DNA of 56,691 nucleotides from Methanobacteriaceae archaeon (GTDB lineage Archaea > Methanobacteriota > Methanobacteria > Methanobacteriales > Methanobacteriaceae), in contig JADGNH010000001.1 in the NCBI GenBank assembly GCA_017883605.1, positions 1-56,691 on the forward strand, written 5' to 3'. The position numbers and the translations under genes are program-made. The notes below the pieces were generated by a model. The model searched no databases and was not told the origin of the DNA. It was given only the letters and a program-made list of their open reading frames with translations. Below are positions 1 to 10,046 of this stretch, piece after piece. How positions within the stretch are numbered: the first letter of the stretch is position 1; each line of letters begins with the position of its first letter.

Positions 1-630
1 TATCTTTCTGGATAAACAAACCAGTTCACACGTTCCACAGCGTGTACACTTTGAATTGGCGTAAAACTCAATATTGTAGAATTTATTAAGAATAGGAAGA
101 AGTGGTGATAGCAGTGAAAATGCCGGCATGGGAGCGGTAAAGTTAGTGTCTATTTCCCGGCTTTTTTCTTTATTTATAACAATTTTTTGGATGGAATCCA
201 GTTTATTTTGAACCTCAGATTCCAGATCTGCTATTTCTTCAGCTGTGGCCGGATGCCAATCCTCAAACTTCGGATCGTTACTGGCCATATTCAAAGTAAA
301 ATATGAATCCAAACCTTTATCACTGCTCTTCAATATCTTTTCCACATCAATAAATGCCCTATGCTGGCTGCCTGCTCGTGTTGCCAGTGCAAAAATATAT
401 TCAGCTGATTTTAAGTCTAATTTCTTAAGAAATTTTCTTACCGGAGCGGGGGCCATTGCCAGGTGGATGGGAAAAACGAAACCCACTGTTTTTGCCCTAG
501 TTTCTATCACATCTTTGTCTAAGAAGCTTACCATTGGTATTAGATTAGTTTCTGGAATCCGTTTTTGTAATTCTTTGGCCACGTACAACGAATTCCCGGT
601 GCCTGAAAGATAATAGATTTCTGTACTCAT
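1..630 (-). CDS. Flavodoxin-like plus 4Fe-4S ferredoxin domain protein (EFR1-type); partial, C-terminus lies beyond the window edge
   Basis: Hand translation of the minus strand from ATG at 628-630 gives MSTEIYYLSGTGNSLYVAKELQKRIPETNLIPMVSFLDKDVIETRAKTVGFVFPIHLAMAPAPVRKFLKK. The frame stays open to position 1 and ends ANSKCTRCGTCELVCLSRKI (CxxCxxCxxxC cluster motif). It is absent from the ORF track because no stop lies in the window. Confidence 0.8.
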   Translation of the reverse strand, partial: MSTEIYYLSGTGNSLYVAKELQKRIPETNLIPMVSFLDKDVIETRAKTVGFVFPIHLAMAPAPVRKFLKKLDLKSAEYIFALATRAGSQHRAFIDVEKILKSSDKGLDSYFTLNMASNDPKFEDWHPATAEEIADLESEVQNKLDSIQKIVINKEKSREIDTNFTAPMPAFSLLSPLLPILNKFYNIEFYANSKCTRCGTCELVCLSRKI

Positions 631-673
631 AATAAAATTCCTTTATTCAATTAGTTTATGACGGAAATGAAAA

Positions 674-1138
674 TCAAAACAGTTTGCTAAATTTTTCAAC
701 CAAATTTGCAGTCTTTTTTTCGGTTTTCCCCCTCCAAACCACGATATCTGTTCCAATGACGGTTCCTCCTTTAGATTCGCATAGTTTTTTCATCTGGGAG
801 ATTGCCTGGTTTCCGCCGGTCCTGTTAAATGGTAAGCCCTTGGTTACGTAACATGCAATCTTTTTATCTTGAAGTGATTGGATCTGCCCTAAATAGGCTT
901 TCATTGCAGGAGCAAGGGAAAATGCGTGTACTGGAGATCCAAAAACCAGTGCATCGTATGCACTGATGTCGGGTTGGGTTTCGAAAGTGATGTTTTTCGA
1001 TCCAGGATGAACTTCACCAGCAGGTATTACTCTATCGATTTCTGCCTCATGCCCATCAGCTACCAGCTTTTCTTTAAGCTTCGTGGCAACAGAAAACGTA
1101 TTTTCGGTTTGGGAATAAACTATAATTCCAATTTTCAT
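674..1138 (-). CDS. Flavodoxin family protein
   Basis: 154 aa starting MKIGIIVYSQTENT, a typical short-chain flavodoxin N-terminus. AGGAGG lies 7 nt upstream of the ATG. Confidence 0.85.
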   Translation of the reverse strand: MKIGIIVYSQTENTFSVATKLKEKLVADGHEAEIDRVIPAGEVHPGSKNITFETQPDISAYDALVFGSPVHAFSLAPAMKAYLGQIQSLQDKKIACYVTKGLPFNRTGGNQAISQMKKLCESKGGTVIGTDIVVWRGKTEKKTANLVEKFSKLF

Positions 1139-1665
1139 ATCAAATCCTCCTTTAATCCATTATCCGCCAGGATGACTATTTTTTCCCTCACTTTTGTTCA
1201 GTAATATCATTCTTGTAACTCTTGATGAAATATTTTTCTTTTTTTATATGAATTTATGAAAAGCGAAGATCAATCTGCTATTTTATAATGTAATTTTCAA
1301 ATTTTTTATAAGCAAGATAGACCGATGGTATATGCAATATCCATTAAAATGGCTGTCTATCACCAGGAGGAAAGAAAAATGGAATGGGAAAATTGAATGT
1401 TTTTTATGTGACTTCAGAACTTGAATCGGGAACACAACAACCTTTATTGCTTCTGCTTATTTCACCAACGCAACGAAGCTGAATTTAAAGAGTTATTGGA
1501 TAATTATTCATCCGAAAATGAGTCGGACCCTGGTCTCCGTGGTTTTATATCATACGTGACAAAAAATGGATATTATTGTACTGTCTTGAGTAAAGAGGTC
1601 TTAACTTCCTCAACAAATTTTTGATAGTCTAAAGGGTTAAAAAAAATTAAATAATAGGTTAAAAG

Positions 1666-2241
1666 TTAAATAATAATTATAAGCTCTTTAACCATAACAG
1701 TCCTTTTTGGATTATTATAGAACCCATTTTTAAGATAAAAACTTTCAGCAGGTATTTCTTTGTTGGTTAACAAGGTTAAACGAGTGTAGACTTCCCCAGC
1801 AAGGCTTTCTGCTACATAATCCAATAGCTTGGTTCCAATTCCATTTCCCTGTCTCTCATTTTCCACGTAGAATTCGTCAACAAAGAATTCTTTTCCCATC
1901 CACCAGGACCTCTTATGCCCAAAACAGACCGCGATGATATCTGAGTCCTCACAAGCGACAAACCCTTCAAAAACAGGATTTTCAATTAGTTCACTCAAAT
2001 AATCTCTGGCCTGATCAAAGGATATCCAGTCATCATACCAGGGATCCGCTCTAAACACTTTTCTGAATAATTCCACGCATTTATCCAGGTCCTCCAGGTC
2101 GAATCTCATGATATCCAGTTCTTCATCCCTATAAACCAATTCTGTTGCCTTTAATACCCTTGTATGGGGGAAAAAATGTGAAAAATGCTCTGAAATTTGG
2201 CCAGGTGAAAAATGCTCTTTAACCGATGATTTTATAGACAT
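1666..2241 (-). CDS. GNAT family N-acetyltransferase
   Basis: 191 aa with the acetyl-CoA motif region RQGNGIGTKLLDYV. A GGAGAG ribosome-binding site lies upstream. Confidence 0.85.
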   Translation of the reverse strand: MSIKSSVKEHFSPGQISEHFSHFFPHTRVLKATELVYRDEELDIMRFDLEDLDKCVELFRKVFRADPWYDDWISFDQARDYLSELIENPVFEGFVACEDSDIIAVCFGHKRSWWMGKEFFVDEFYVENERQGNGIGTKLLDYVAESLAGEVYTRLTLLTNKEIPAESFYLKNGFYNNPKRTVMVKELIIII

Positions 2242-2298
2242 CTGAATCTCTCCTTTAAAAGTATAACAGTTTAGTAGCTAAACTGTTAATTAAAATAA

Positions 2299-2778
2299 TT
2301 ATTCCATTTCCCTTAAAAAGGTGTCGATAAAATCTTCCATCTTGCCCAGGATCTGAAGAAAAGAATCTATCTTTTCTGGTGTAAAAGTCTCTAAATAATC
2401 AATGAACTCCGTTTCCATCCTTTTATGCCATTCATCCTGAAGTTCAAATGCTGTCCATCCCTTTTCTGTGAGGGATATAATTATTTCCTTTCCGTATTTT
2501 TCATTCCGTTCCTTATTGATGAAACCTTTCTCATAAAGCTTATTTACCACCTGTGAGACTGCACCTTTGGTAATGCCAAACTTTTCACTCAATACCGTGA
2601 CTTTATTCCCGTAACCATTTCCAACAGCCTCTATAACATGAAGTTCAGAAGGATAAAGCTTTTCTCCCTCTCCAATATCAATGCTCACCTTCTCCAACTC
2701 GTGGAACTTTTTAGTAATCCTCAAAAAAAGAACCATTATTTTGAATAAAGCTTCAGAGGCAATTTCATTATTTTTCAT
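2299..2778 (-). CDS. MarR family transcriptional regulator
   Basis: 159 aa with a winged-HTH core LSEKFGITKGAVSQVVNKLYEKGFINKERNEKYGKEIIISLTEKG. Confidence 0.85.
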   Translation of the reverse strand: MKNNEIASEALFKIMVLFLRITKKFHELEKVSIDIGEGEKLYPSELHVIEAVGNGYGNKVTVLSEKFGITKGAVSQVVNKLYEKGFINKERNEKYGKEIIISLTEKGWTAFELQDEWHKRMETEFIDYLETFTPEKIDSFLQILGKMEDFIDTFLREME

Positions 2779-2948
2779 TCTATTTCACTCTTATCCTATT
2801 ATTAGAAAGGTCTTATCTCCTCTATATAGGTCATTTTATCAACTTATAGGTCATTTAACTAATTTATAAGACATTTTATTAACTCATAAGTCCTCTATTA
2901 TTAAAATCATTCTATAAATCACTTAAATTATTTTCTATAATCGCCAAG

Positions 2949-3740
2949 CTAAAAGCTTAATGGTTCAACACCATCCGGCAGGGTTTTATCATTAATCCAA
3001 CTCCTTAAGACGCTGTTAAAAAGTTCTGGTGACTCTATATTCCATAAATGGCCCACTTTCAAGGCCGTGTAAGCTTTTGAATTTGGGAGAACGTTGGTTA
3101 GATCCCTGGCAGATTCCTTTATGATTTGGTAGTCTTTTTCCCCGGCCATTACCAGCACCGGTGCCTCGGCCTTCTCCAGGCCAGCAGGCAGTTTAAACAG
3201 CATATTTTCTTTGAGGATCCTGTTCAGTGAATTTGGTCTGATTAGACGTGTGGATTCCTTGAACTCATTAAAAAGGCTTTTTGGCATGTTATACATTCGC
3301 ATGTTGGCCTTTATAAAAAAATCAGTGTCTTTCACCGGTTCATAAGCCTTAATCAAATAATCAAGGAGCTTTAAAAATGTTTCGGTATGGGGAATGGTGT
3401 GCACCAGGGTTCCGCTGATTAAAGCGTGATCCACCACTTCCGGAGCTGTGCTTAAAATCTGGACAATGATCTGGGCTCCCAGGGATATTCCCACAAGATG
3501 CGCCTTTCCGCCGTGCGCCTGACTTCGGATAATATCAACTATCATTTCTGCGGCGCCCTGTATGGTGAAGGGTTTTATCTCTATGCTTTTTCCGTGCTCT
3601 GGAAGGTCAGGGACAATGCAATGGTAATCTTTGAATGCTTCTAGTTGTTTGTCCCACATCCAACCGGCTATTCCACCGCCGTGGAGAAATATTATGGTTT
3701 TATCGTTGTTTTGACCGGTTTGTTTTAGGTAGAGATTCAT
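2949..3740 (-). CDS. Alpha/beta hydrolase
   Basis: Contains the oxyanion region IIFLHGGG and nucleophile elbow GISLGA. The ORF track starts at a TTG (3773). I prefer the ATG at 3740 (MNLYLKQTG...), which gives the usual N-terminus for this fold. Confidence 0.8.
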   Translation of the reverse strand: MNLYLKQTGQNNDKTIIFLHGGGIAGWMWDKQLEAFKDYHCIVPDLPEHGKSIEIKPFTIQGAAEMIVDIIRSQAHGGKAHLVGISLGAQIIVQILSTAPEVVDHALISGTLVHTIPHTETFLKLLDYLIKAYEPVKDTDFFIKANMRMYNMPKSLFNEFKESTRLIRPNSLNRILKENMLFKLPAGLEKAEAPVLVMAGEKDYQIIKESARDLTNVLPNSKAYTALKVGHLWNIESPELFNSVLRSWINDKTLPDGVEPLSF

Positions 3741-3885
3741 GATATTGGCTCTTATTGGTATAGTAATATACAATTAATTTTAATATTATCCTCGTCGAAC
3801 ACAAAATCTTTTATATAGAATATCATATAACTTAATTATCACTTCGATAGTTATCAAATTATAAAATAAATAGGACTATACAAAA

Positions 3886-4188
3886 ATGGATTCAAAAAAA
3901 ATGGTCAAGGTGTTTAAAGCCCTTTCAAACCAGAACAGGTTAGAGTTATACCTTAAAATAGCTGAAAAGCATGAAACAAGTTACAAAACATATGAGGGCT
4001 GTTTTATAAACGATATTGCTAAATCACTGAATATCGGTGCCCCTACTGTTTCACATCACCTGAAAGAATTGTCCAACGCTGAATTAATCTTCACCGAAAG
4101 AAAAGGCAAATATTTAGTGGCAAGGGTTAATGAAGAGATGGTTAAGGAAGTTAATGAACTTTTAAAGCTGCAGCACGGTAAATCTTAA
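3886..4188 (+). CDS. ArsR/SmtB family transcriptional regulator
   Basis: 100 aa with VFKALSNQNRLELY and IAKSLNIGAPTVSHHLKELSNAELI, the HTH signature. Confidence 0.85.
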   Translation: MDSKKMVKVFKALSNQNRLELYLKIAEKHETSYKTYEGCFINDIAKSLNIGAPTVSHHLKELSNAELIFTERKGKYLVARVNEEMVKEVNELLKLQHGKS

Positions 4189-4268
4189 TTTTTTATCATT
4201 ACAGTTCGAAAGTATTATCAAATTAAAAAACTTTAAATTATCATTTAAGAGAATGAGGTGATTAAAAA

Positions 4269-4721
4269 ATGAAAACAGCAATAATTTACAAATCCGTACA
4301 CCATGGAAACACGAAAAAAATCGCTAAAGTAATGGCAGATGTTTTAGAAGCAGAATTATTGGATCTTAAGGATGCTAATAGTGATATAATTAGAGAATAC
4401 GACTTAATTGGCTTTGGCTCCGGAATATATTTTTATAAACCCCATAAAAAGTTGAGAAGGTTTATTGAAGGTTTGGATAAGGTGGAAAACAAAAAAGCCT
4501 TTGTATTTTCAACCAGTGGCGCAGGAAAACCTGAATTTAACAAATGGTTAAAGGAAAAATTAGCTGATAAAGGTTTTGAAATCATGGGAGAGTTTCACTG
4601 CAAAGGATTCGATACTTATGGCCTTACTAAACTTATTGGCGGCATAAATAAAGGAAGACCTAATGAAGAAGACCTTAAAAATGCAGAAAATTTTGCAAAT
4701 GGTTTAAAGGAAAAAATATAA
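4269..4721 (+). CDS. Flavodoxin-like protein
   Basis: 150 aa starting MKTAIIYKSVHHGNTKKIAK. GAGGTGA lies upstream, suggesting an operon with the preceding ArsR gene. Confidence 0.8.
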   Translation: MKTAIIYKSVHHGNTKKIAKVMADVLEAELLDLKDANSDIIREYDLIGFGSGIYFYKPHKKLRRFIEGLDKVENKKAFVFSTSGAGKPEFNKWLKEKLADKGFEIMGEFHCKGFDTYGLTKLIGGINKGRPNEEDLKNAENFANGLKEKI

Positions 4722-4776
4722 TTTTTGAACTAAGAAAAAGAGAAAAATATAATTTTAACTTAAAAAAGGTGAAAAA

Positions 4777-5532
4777 ATGGAAAAAACAGATCTTTACCCC
4801 ACAATATTCCGGCGAAAGTCAGTTAGAAGGTATGATTTAACTCCCCTGGATGAAAGTACCCTGGCAGAGATTTCAGAGTATATGGACAATTTAAAACCCA
4901 TGTACAGCGATATTAAAACGGAATTGAAGATTATCGGCCCGGATGATGTTAAAAGAAGGATGATGAGAAAGGCACCACACTATATAGCCGTATTTTCCGA
5001 AGCCAGAGAAGGCCATTTAACCAATGTGGGATTTATGGTGCAGCAGATGGACCTGTTCTTATCAGCCAACAACATAGGAAGCTGCTGGCAGGGGATCCCC
5101 CAGCCGACTAAAGAAGTATTAAAAAGTTCGGACCTCGAATTCATAATTTTAATGCCCTTCGGTAGGCCCGCAGAACCACTGCACCGAGATAGTGTCTCTG
5201 AATTTAAGAGGAAACATCTCCAAAAGATAAGTGACGTTGCCGGTGCAGAGGATTTAATGGAAGCGGCCCGTATGGCCCCATCCGCAGGCAATGGCCAGCC
5301 CTGGTTCTTCACCGGTGATGAAAGCATAATACACGCTTATTCTGTTAAACCAAGCTTCATAAGGGGATTGCTGGTTAAAAAGTACATCCCTATAGATGTG
5401 GGTATCGCCATTTACCATCTAAAGCTGGCAGCAGAACATTTCGGTAAGAAGGCTGAAATTGTGTTTAATAAACCAGCAGAGAATCCTCCCAAGGGATATG
5501 AGTATGTGGCCAGTTTGAGGCTAAACAGGTGA
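4777..5532 (+). CDS. Nitroreductase family protein
   Basis: 251 aa with RRKSVRRY near the N-terminus and APSAGNGQPW. AAGGTGA ribosome-binding site upstream. Confidence 0.85.
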   Translation: MEKTDLYPTIFRRKSVRRYDLTPLDESTLAEISEYMDNLKPMYSDIKTELKIIGPDDVKRRMMRKAPHYIAVFSEAREGHLTNVGFMVQQMDLFLSANNIGSCWQGIPQPTKEVLKSSDLEFIILMPFGRPAEPLHRDSVSEFKRKHLQKISDVAGAEDLMEAARMAPSAGNGQPWFFTGDESIIHAYSVKPSFIRGLLVKKYIPIDVGIAIYHLKLAAEHFGKKAEIVFNKPAENPPKGYEYVASLRLNR

Positions 5533-5731
5533 ACAGATAAACAAGTAGGAAAACAAATAACTGTTTAAAATTATTTAACTTAATTTTTTAATTGTTCCAT
5601 TCTACAATATGTTCCCTTTTTTAATTTTCCTTTATTTTATAAATTGTTTCCCTTCACTTTCCTTTATAAATTGTTTCCCTCAGTTTTTTGCCTTATTAAG
5701 TTCCAGAATTTATGGGTCTTCATGTCCCGGG

Positions 5732-5770
5732 TTGAAGTTGGTTTTCATATAAAGTTTGAAGTTGGTTTTC
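5732..5770. repeat. Two direct copies of TTGAAGTTGGTTTTC (24-bp period) upstream of the MarR gene
   Basis: Copies read at 5732-5746 and 5756-5770. A TTTATATA box follows at about 5787, and the MarR ATG is at 5838. Confidence 0.7.
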
Positions 5771-5837
5771 GCAAATTTCAAAAACTTTATATAATAGTTA
5801 GTTAGATAAAACTATATATTTAGTGAAGGTGAACCAC

Positions 5838-6263
5838 ATGAATCAGGAGCTTGAACTGGTAGAAGCAATTGATAAATTAAGCGGATTGACCCAAACATTC
5901 CAAACACAGCTTCTTAGTGGAGATTTAAAGGAATATACCCTAAGACAACTCTATTATATTGAATTAATTAATAAACACCAGGTTATAGGCGTTTCTGAAA
6001 TAGCAAAGATGCTGGATGTCCAAAAATCAACCGTTTCCATAGCTATTAACCAGCTGATAGACCGGGGAATTATAACTAAGGTCCAGTCAAACACCGATAA
6101 ACGCTTTTATTTCCTTGAACTGACACCAAAAGGCAAAGATATAATGAAAACGCATATGAAGGTCCATAGAGATGCGATTAAACAAATTTTAAAGATTTTA
6201 GATAAAGAAGAAGTTGATATTTTCATTAAAATTGTAAATAAAATTACGGCGTCAAAATTATAA
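5838..6263 (+). CDS. MarR family transcriptional regulator
   Basis: wHTH core VSEIAKMLDVQKSTVSIAINQLIDRGIITKVQSNTDKRFYFLELTPKG. ATG at 5838 has GAAGGTGA 6 nt upstream. The ORF track starts at GTG 5823. Confidence 0.85.
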   Translation: MNQELELVEAIDKLSGLTQTFQTQLLSGDLKEYTLRQLYYIELINKHQVIGVSEIAKMLDVQKSTVSIAINQLIDRGIITKVQSNTDKRFYFLELTPKGKDIMKTHMKVHRDAIKQILKILDKEEVDIFIKIVNKITASKL

Positions 6264-6735
6264 ATCTTCAGGAGAAATTTTCTTACATAGCATGATTGGC
6301 ACAGGAAACCAAAATAGGCAGGCAATAAAAACTAAAAATAGTATCTAATTTTTTTTATAAGTATAATTACCCATAATTATATTGCTAAGTAAACATATAA
6401 TATAAGTACAAAATAAAGTTTGATTATTTTTACATATCTATTTATATCTAAATTTTCGTAAATTAACTAAAAATCGTAAAATAAATATTTGTTTAGTAAA
6501 ATAAATTTCTTTAATACTTAATTTCCAGGGTTATGAACCTATAATTCAAATTTAATACAGTATTTAAAATAAATTGAATACGTAGATATATTTTTATATT
6601 TGAATGAATTCATTACTTTAATTGCCCTAAAAACTTCAAAAATTAGATGTTTGACGATAATTCGGATGGGATAAATCTTTAACGGTCCCATTATCTAAGA
6701 TTAAAATAATGTAGAATAATAGAGGAGAGGCCGAT

Positions 6736-7248
6736 ATGCTAAGTGATCCAATAGTTCAGGAAATTTTAATGGATGTAACCGATGATGAAGAAAGCAGTGT
6801 TTCTATCATTGAATGTATATTGAAAGGTAAAACAATTGACTTAGAAATTGCAGAAGAAACCGAAATAAAGTTAAACACCGTAAGAAAAGTTTTATATAAA
6901 CTATACGATGTAGGGATAGCTACTTACAAGAAAAGCAATGATCCAGAAACCAACAGGTACATTTACAGCTGGAATTTTGAACAAGAGAAGGTATCCGAAA
7001 TAATAAACAAAAAATATGAAAAGTTCTCAGAAGAAATTGAGAAATCCATTAAGTACGAAGAAGAAAACATGTTCTTCGCCTGCAAGGCCAATGGCCACCG
7101 ATACAAATTTGAAAACGCATCTGAAAACAACTTCGCATGTCCCCAATGTGGTGGGTCACTTGAATATCAGGACAACTCGACCATAATAATGGAACTATTA
7201 AAGGAGAAGGCCGCCTGTATATCTAAGGGAAAAATTAAAGAGATATAA
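6736..7248 (+). CDS. tfe: Transcription factor E (TFIIE-alpha homologue)
   Basis: 170 aa with an N-terminal winged helix ([29 protein letters not shown]) and a C-terminal zinc ribbon (FACKANGH...CPQCGG). Confidence 0.85.
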   Translation: MLSDPIVQEILMDVTDDEESSVSIIECILKGKTIDLEIAEETEIKLNTVRKVLYKLYDVGIATYKKSNDPETNRYIYSWNFEQEKVSEIINKKYEKFSEEIEKSIKYEEENMFFACKANGHRYKFENASENNFACPQCGGSLEYQDNSTIIMELLKEKAACISKGKIKEI

Positions 7249-7627
7249 TTAGTTATTTATTAATGAAATTAATTTTTAACAAATGATCTTAATTTTAAGG
7301 GCTAGTAGCAGGTAAATATTGAAAATAAACATTTTTTGTTTTTCCTAAAGAAATTTTTGATTTAAAGTAAGGGATAATCATTTGAATACACAATGTAGAA
7401 CACTCCACAAAAGTGTAGAACACTCAACGAAGGACCCTTATAATGAAGCGAATAGATAAAAAGGGAACTTAAAAACGGCTTTTCGTTATAATTGTAAATA
7501 CTTAGATGAAAGGATGATATTAAAGAAATCATTCCCCCAGTATAAACGCAGCCTGCAAAGGAGTTACAAATATAAGTATTCTCTCAGGTGACGATCACCA
7601 AAGAAGGTTTCCCAGGGAAGTGATAAA

Positions 7628-7783
7628 ATGAGCGATTTAATCCATGCTGTAGATAAAGGAACGATGATTGATACTAAAACAGCCAAAAAATTTATTAAAT
7701 GTGTCAAATGTGGATTTATGGTCTTAAAATCAGAGATATATGATAAGTACGATGACGGGATCCTTGAGTTACCTGTTAAATAA
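7628..7783 (+). CDS. Small hypothetical protein (51 aa), below the ORF-track size cut-off
   Basis: Hand translation gives MSDLIHAVDKGTMIDTKTAKKFIKCVKCGFMVLKSEIYDKYDDGILELPVK. GGGAAGTGAT lies just upstream. No homology recognised. Confidence 0.3.
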   Translation: MSDLIHAVDKGTMIDTKTAKKFIKCVKCGFMVLKSEIYDKYDDGILELPVK

Positions 7784-7900
7784 TAATTTTAATTCATGTT
7801 TCATGTATCAAATTAAATTTTAAACTTCAAAAAATTTAATATTCACATTCTATTGAATCAGCAAAGGCGTGCCGTTGCTAAAGAAGGAATTTAAAATGAT

Positions 7901-8569
7901 TTAAACAAAATGTTCCATATTATAAGTTCCTTGACCTTTAAAGATCAATTTAGGATTCTTCTTCCCATAAACCTTAAACCCAAACTTCTCGTACAACTTC
8001 AAAGCCCCTTCATTCCCTAATGTCACATCCAGAATTACCCTTCTGCATCCTTTATCTTCTGCAAGCTTAAAGGCATTCTCCAGGATGTAAGTCCCAATTC
8101 CCTGCCCCCTGTACAGAGGATCAACGGCAATATTGCTTAAATAGTAATCATCAGGGCCCACTTCAGAGGTAAGTAATTCATTTATGGCAATTCCCTTTAC
8201 CATAAGTTCCAAAAATTCAATAAAATTCAATATTTTAAAAAAAGCTTTAAAGTCTGCCCATAAGTTTGTTTCTCTCCCGCAAAATGAAAGCAGAATAGCC
8301 AGTACATTTCCATTCTCATCACTAACTACATGAATATTTTCATGGCCAAATAAGTTATTTTCAGACTTTACAAGCTTCTCTATGTTCTCCAGCGCTTTAT
8401 TTTTATCCTCACCCAGCAATGGTTTGAATACGTCCAATTCTGTTTCATAGATTAATTCAGACACTTTATTCAGGTCATTTTTATTAATATCCAGCTTTTC
8501 AAAGATCATTTTAAAATATAAACTCCGTGATTTATTTTGTTTTTTTTTATAATTCCAACTATATTTCAT
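7901..8569 (-). CDS. GNAT family N-acetyltransferase
   Basis: Contains YRGQGIGTYILENAFKLAEDKGCRRVILDV. The start is uncertain; an alternative ATG at 8509 gives MIFEKL. Confidence 0.8.
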   Translation of the reverse strand: MKYSWNYKKKQNKSRSLYFKMIFEKLDINKNDLNKVSELIYETELDVFKPLLGEDKNKALENIEKLVKSENNLFGHENIHVVSDENGNVLAILLSFCGRETNLWADFKAFFKILNFIEFLELMVKGIAINELLTSEVGPDDYYLSNIAVDPLYRGQGIGTYILENAFKLAEDKGCRRVILDVTLGNEGALKLYEKFGFKVYGKKNPKLIFKGQGTYNMEHFV

Positions 8570-8698
8570 TAAATATGTTTATATAATTAAAAAAAAATTG
8601 ATACTGCCTAAATTCTGCTTTGAATAATTCATTACGCCTTTAAATTATTATTGATGATTTATATTATACCAAGTAAAAAATTTAAAATTATATGACCC

Positions 8699-9259
8699 CT
8701 ATTTAAGAACAAGAACCATGAAGACATCCTCCCCCGGACCGTAATCACCCTCTACACATTCTTCAATGTATTTTTCCTGGCAATATTCAGTAGGATTTAA
8801 CTCTTCTTCAACAAAACCTGCCTTTTTATAAGATTTGATGGCTCTTCTATTGTACTTTGAAGGGCGAATTATCACCTTTTCATAGCCAAGATCTTTTACC
8901 ATCGAGACAAGCTTTATGATGGCCTGTGTACCATAGCCATGGCCAGCATAGCTTAGCTCCTTTAACCAAATGTCAAACTCAATTATTTTACCCAAAAGAT
9001 GTGAAGAGCTGTAGAAAATGATTCCTATATCTTCTTCTCTTCCTTCTTCCCTTAGAAAAATTACAAAACAGCGCCCTTTTTCCGGGCGCGAACCATCAAA
9101 GTAGTAATCCTCATAATCTGCTTTAAACTCTTCAAAAGAAGGAATCGTCTCTTTAGTGTAGCCTTCCAGTTTGTAGATAGAAGGGGAAAAATCCGAAAAA
9201 TACAGCCAATCATAAGCTTTCCTTCGATCCTCCAGTTTAGCTCCTCTGATTTCTATCAT
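8699..9259 (-). CDS. GNAT family N-acetyltransferase
   Basis: 186 aa with GHGYGTQAIIKLVSMVKDLGYEKVIIRP and KSYKKAGFVEE. Confidence 0.8.
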   Translation of the reverse strand: MIEIRGAKLEDRRKAYDWLYFSDFSPSIYKLEGYTKETIPSFEEFKADYEDYYFDGSRPEKGRCFVIFLREEGREEDIGIIFYSSSHLLGKIIEFDIWLKELSYAGHGYGTQAIIKLVSMVKDLGYEKVIIRPSKYNRRAIKSYKKAGFVEEELNPTEYCQEKYIEECVEGDYGPGEDVFMVLVLK

Positions 9260-9356
9260 TTTATCTCTTATCTTTATCCTTTTTTTTTACTTAGATCTTA
9301 TCCATATTTTTATCCTGTTTTTTTACTTAGATCTTTATCAATATTTTCCATTCTTT

Positions 9357-10046
9357 CTAAATATCTTTAAAACTCGCTATTACCAGCATTTCAAAGTCAT
9401 CGGCTGTAAGATGGTGGTTTCTACTAAATTCTCCCAGTTTACAGCCGTGAATATCAATTTTGCTGAATTCTAGAGTTTTAAGTAGCCAGGTAATCTCTGA
9501 GGGGACGTAGTATCGTTCATTACATTCAATCACCTTTTCCTGGCCCTTATCATCAACCACTTCCAGTTGGGATGTTTCCCGGAAGGTCATGAGGTCAAAA
9601 CTGTTGCCCTCGCTGATGCACTCCACCATACTGGAATTTATAAAATCCTTTACCGAGTGATAAAGTGGGTATAATCCATTTAAAGTGGTGAATATCAATT
9701 TACCTTCCTTTTTAAGGGTTTTAGCAGTACTTTGGAGGATCTGGAAGTTCATATCGTCGTTTTCCATCAGTGGAAAGGCACCTTCACAGATCATTATCAC
9801 CAGGTCGAACTGATTTTCAAAGGGGAGTTTACGGGCATCTGCTACTTTGAAATCCACATTAACTCCTGAATCTACGGCTTTTTCCCTGGCTTTTTTCAGC
9901 ATCGATTCAGAAAGGTCGATTCCCGTTACTGAGTAGCCTCTACTGGCAAGTTCAATGGCATGGCGACCGGTACCGCAGCCAACATCCAGAATACTGCAGT
10001 TTTTATGGTAGTTTATCTCTTTTTCCAGAAAATCAACTTCTCCCAC
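9357..10046 (-). CDS. Class I SAM-dependent methyltransferase (5' end apparently frame-disrupted, see findings)
   Basis: Motif I is ILDVGCGTGRHAIELA. The listed start is an internal GTG. The same frame stays open and protein-like for 25 more codons upstream. Confidence 0.85.
   Translation of the reverse strand: MGEVDFLEKEINYHKNCSILDVGCGTGRHAIELASRGYSVTGIDLSESMLKKAREKAVDSGVNVDFKVADARKLPFENQFDLVIMICEGAFPLMENDDMNFQILQSTAKTLKKEGKLIFTTLNGLYPLYHSVKDFINSSMVECISEGNSFDLMTFRETSQLEVVDDKGQEKVIECNERYYVPSEITWLLKTLEFSKIDIHGCKLGEFSRNHHLTADDFEMLVIASFKDI

Noticed and set aside
245-613. 122-aa plus-strand ORF from the track
   Set aside because: It lies entirely antisense to a much better open frame (the flavodoxin/ferredoxin gene, 1-630 minus). 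It has no ribosome-binding site and an odd composition, so I treat it as a shadow ORF.
1397-1624. 67-aa ORF with a TTG start, preceded in frame by ATG TTT TTT ATG TGA; possible recoding or a small gene
   Set aside because: It has no ribosome-binding site and no recognisable domain. The in-frame TGA after four codons gives no reason to invoke selenocysteine, because no SECIS-like structure is visible. It is probably non-coding or a gene remnant.
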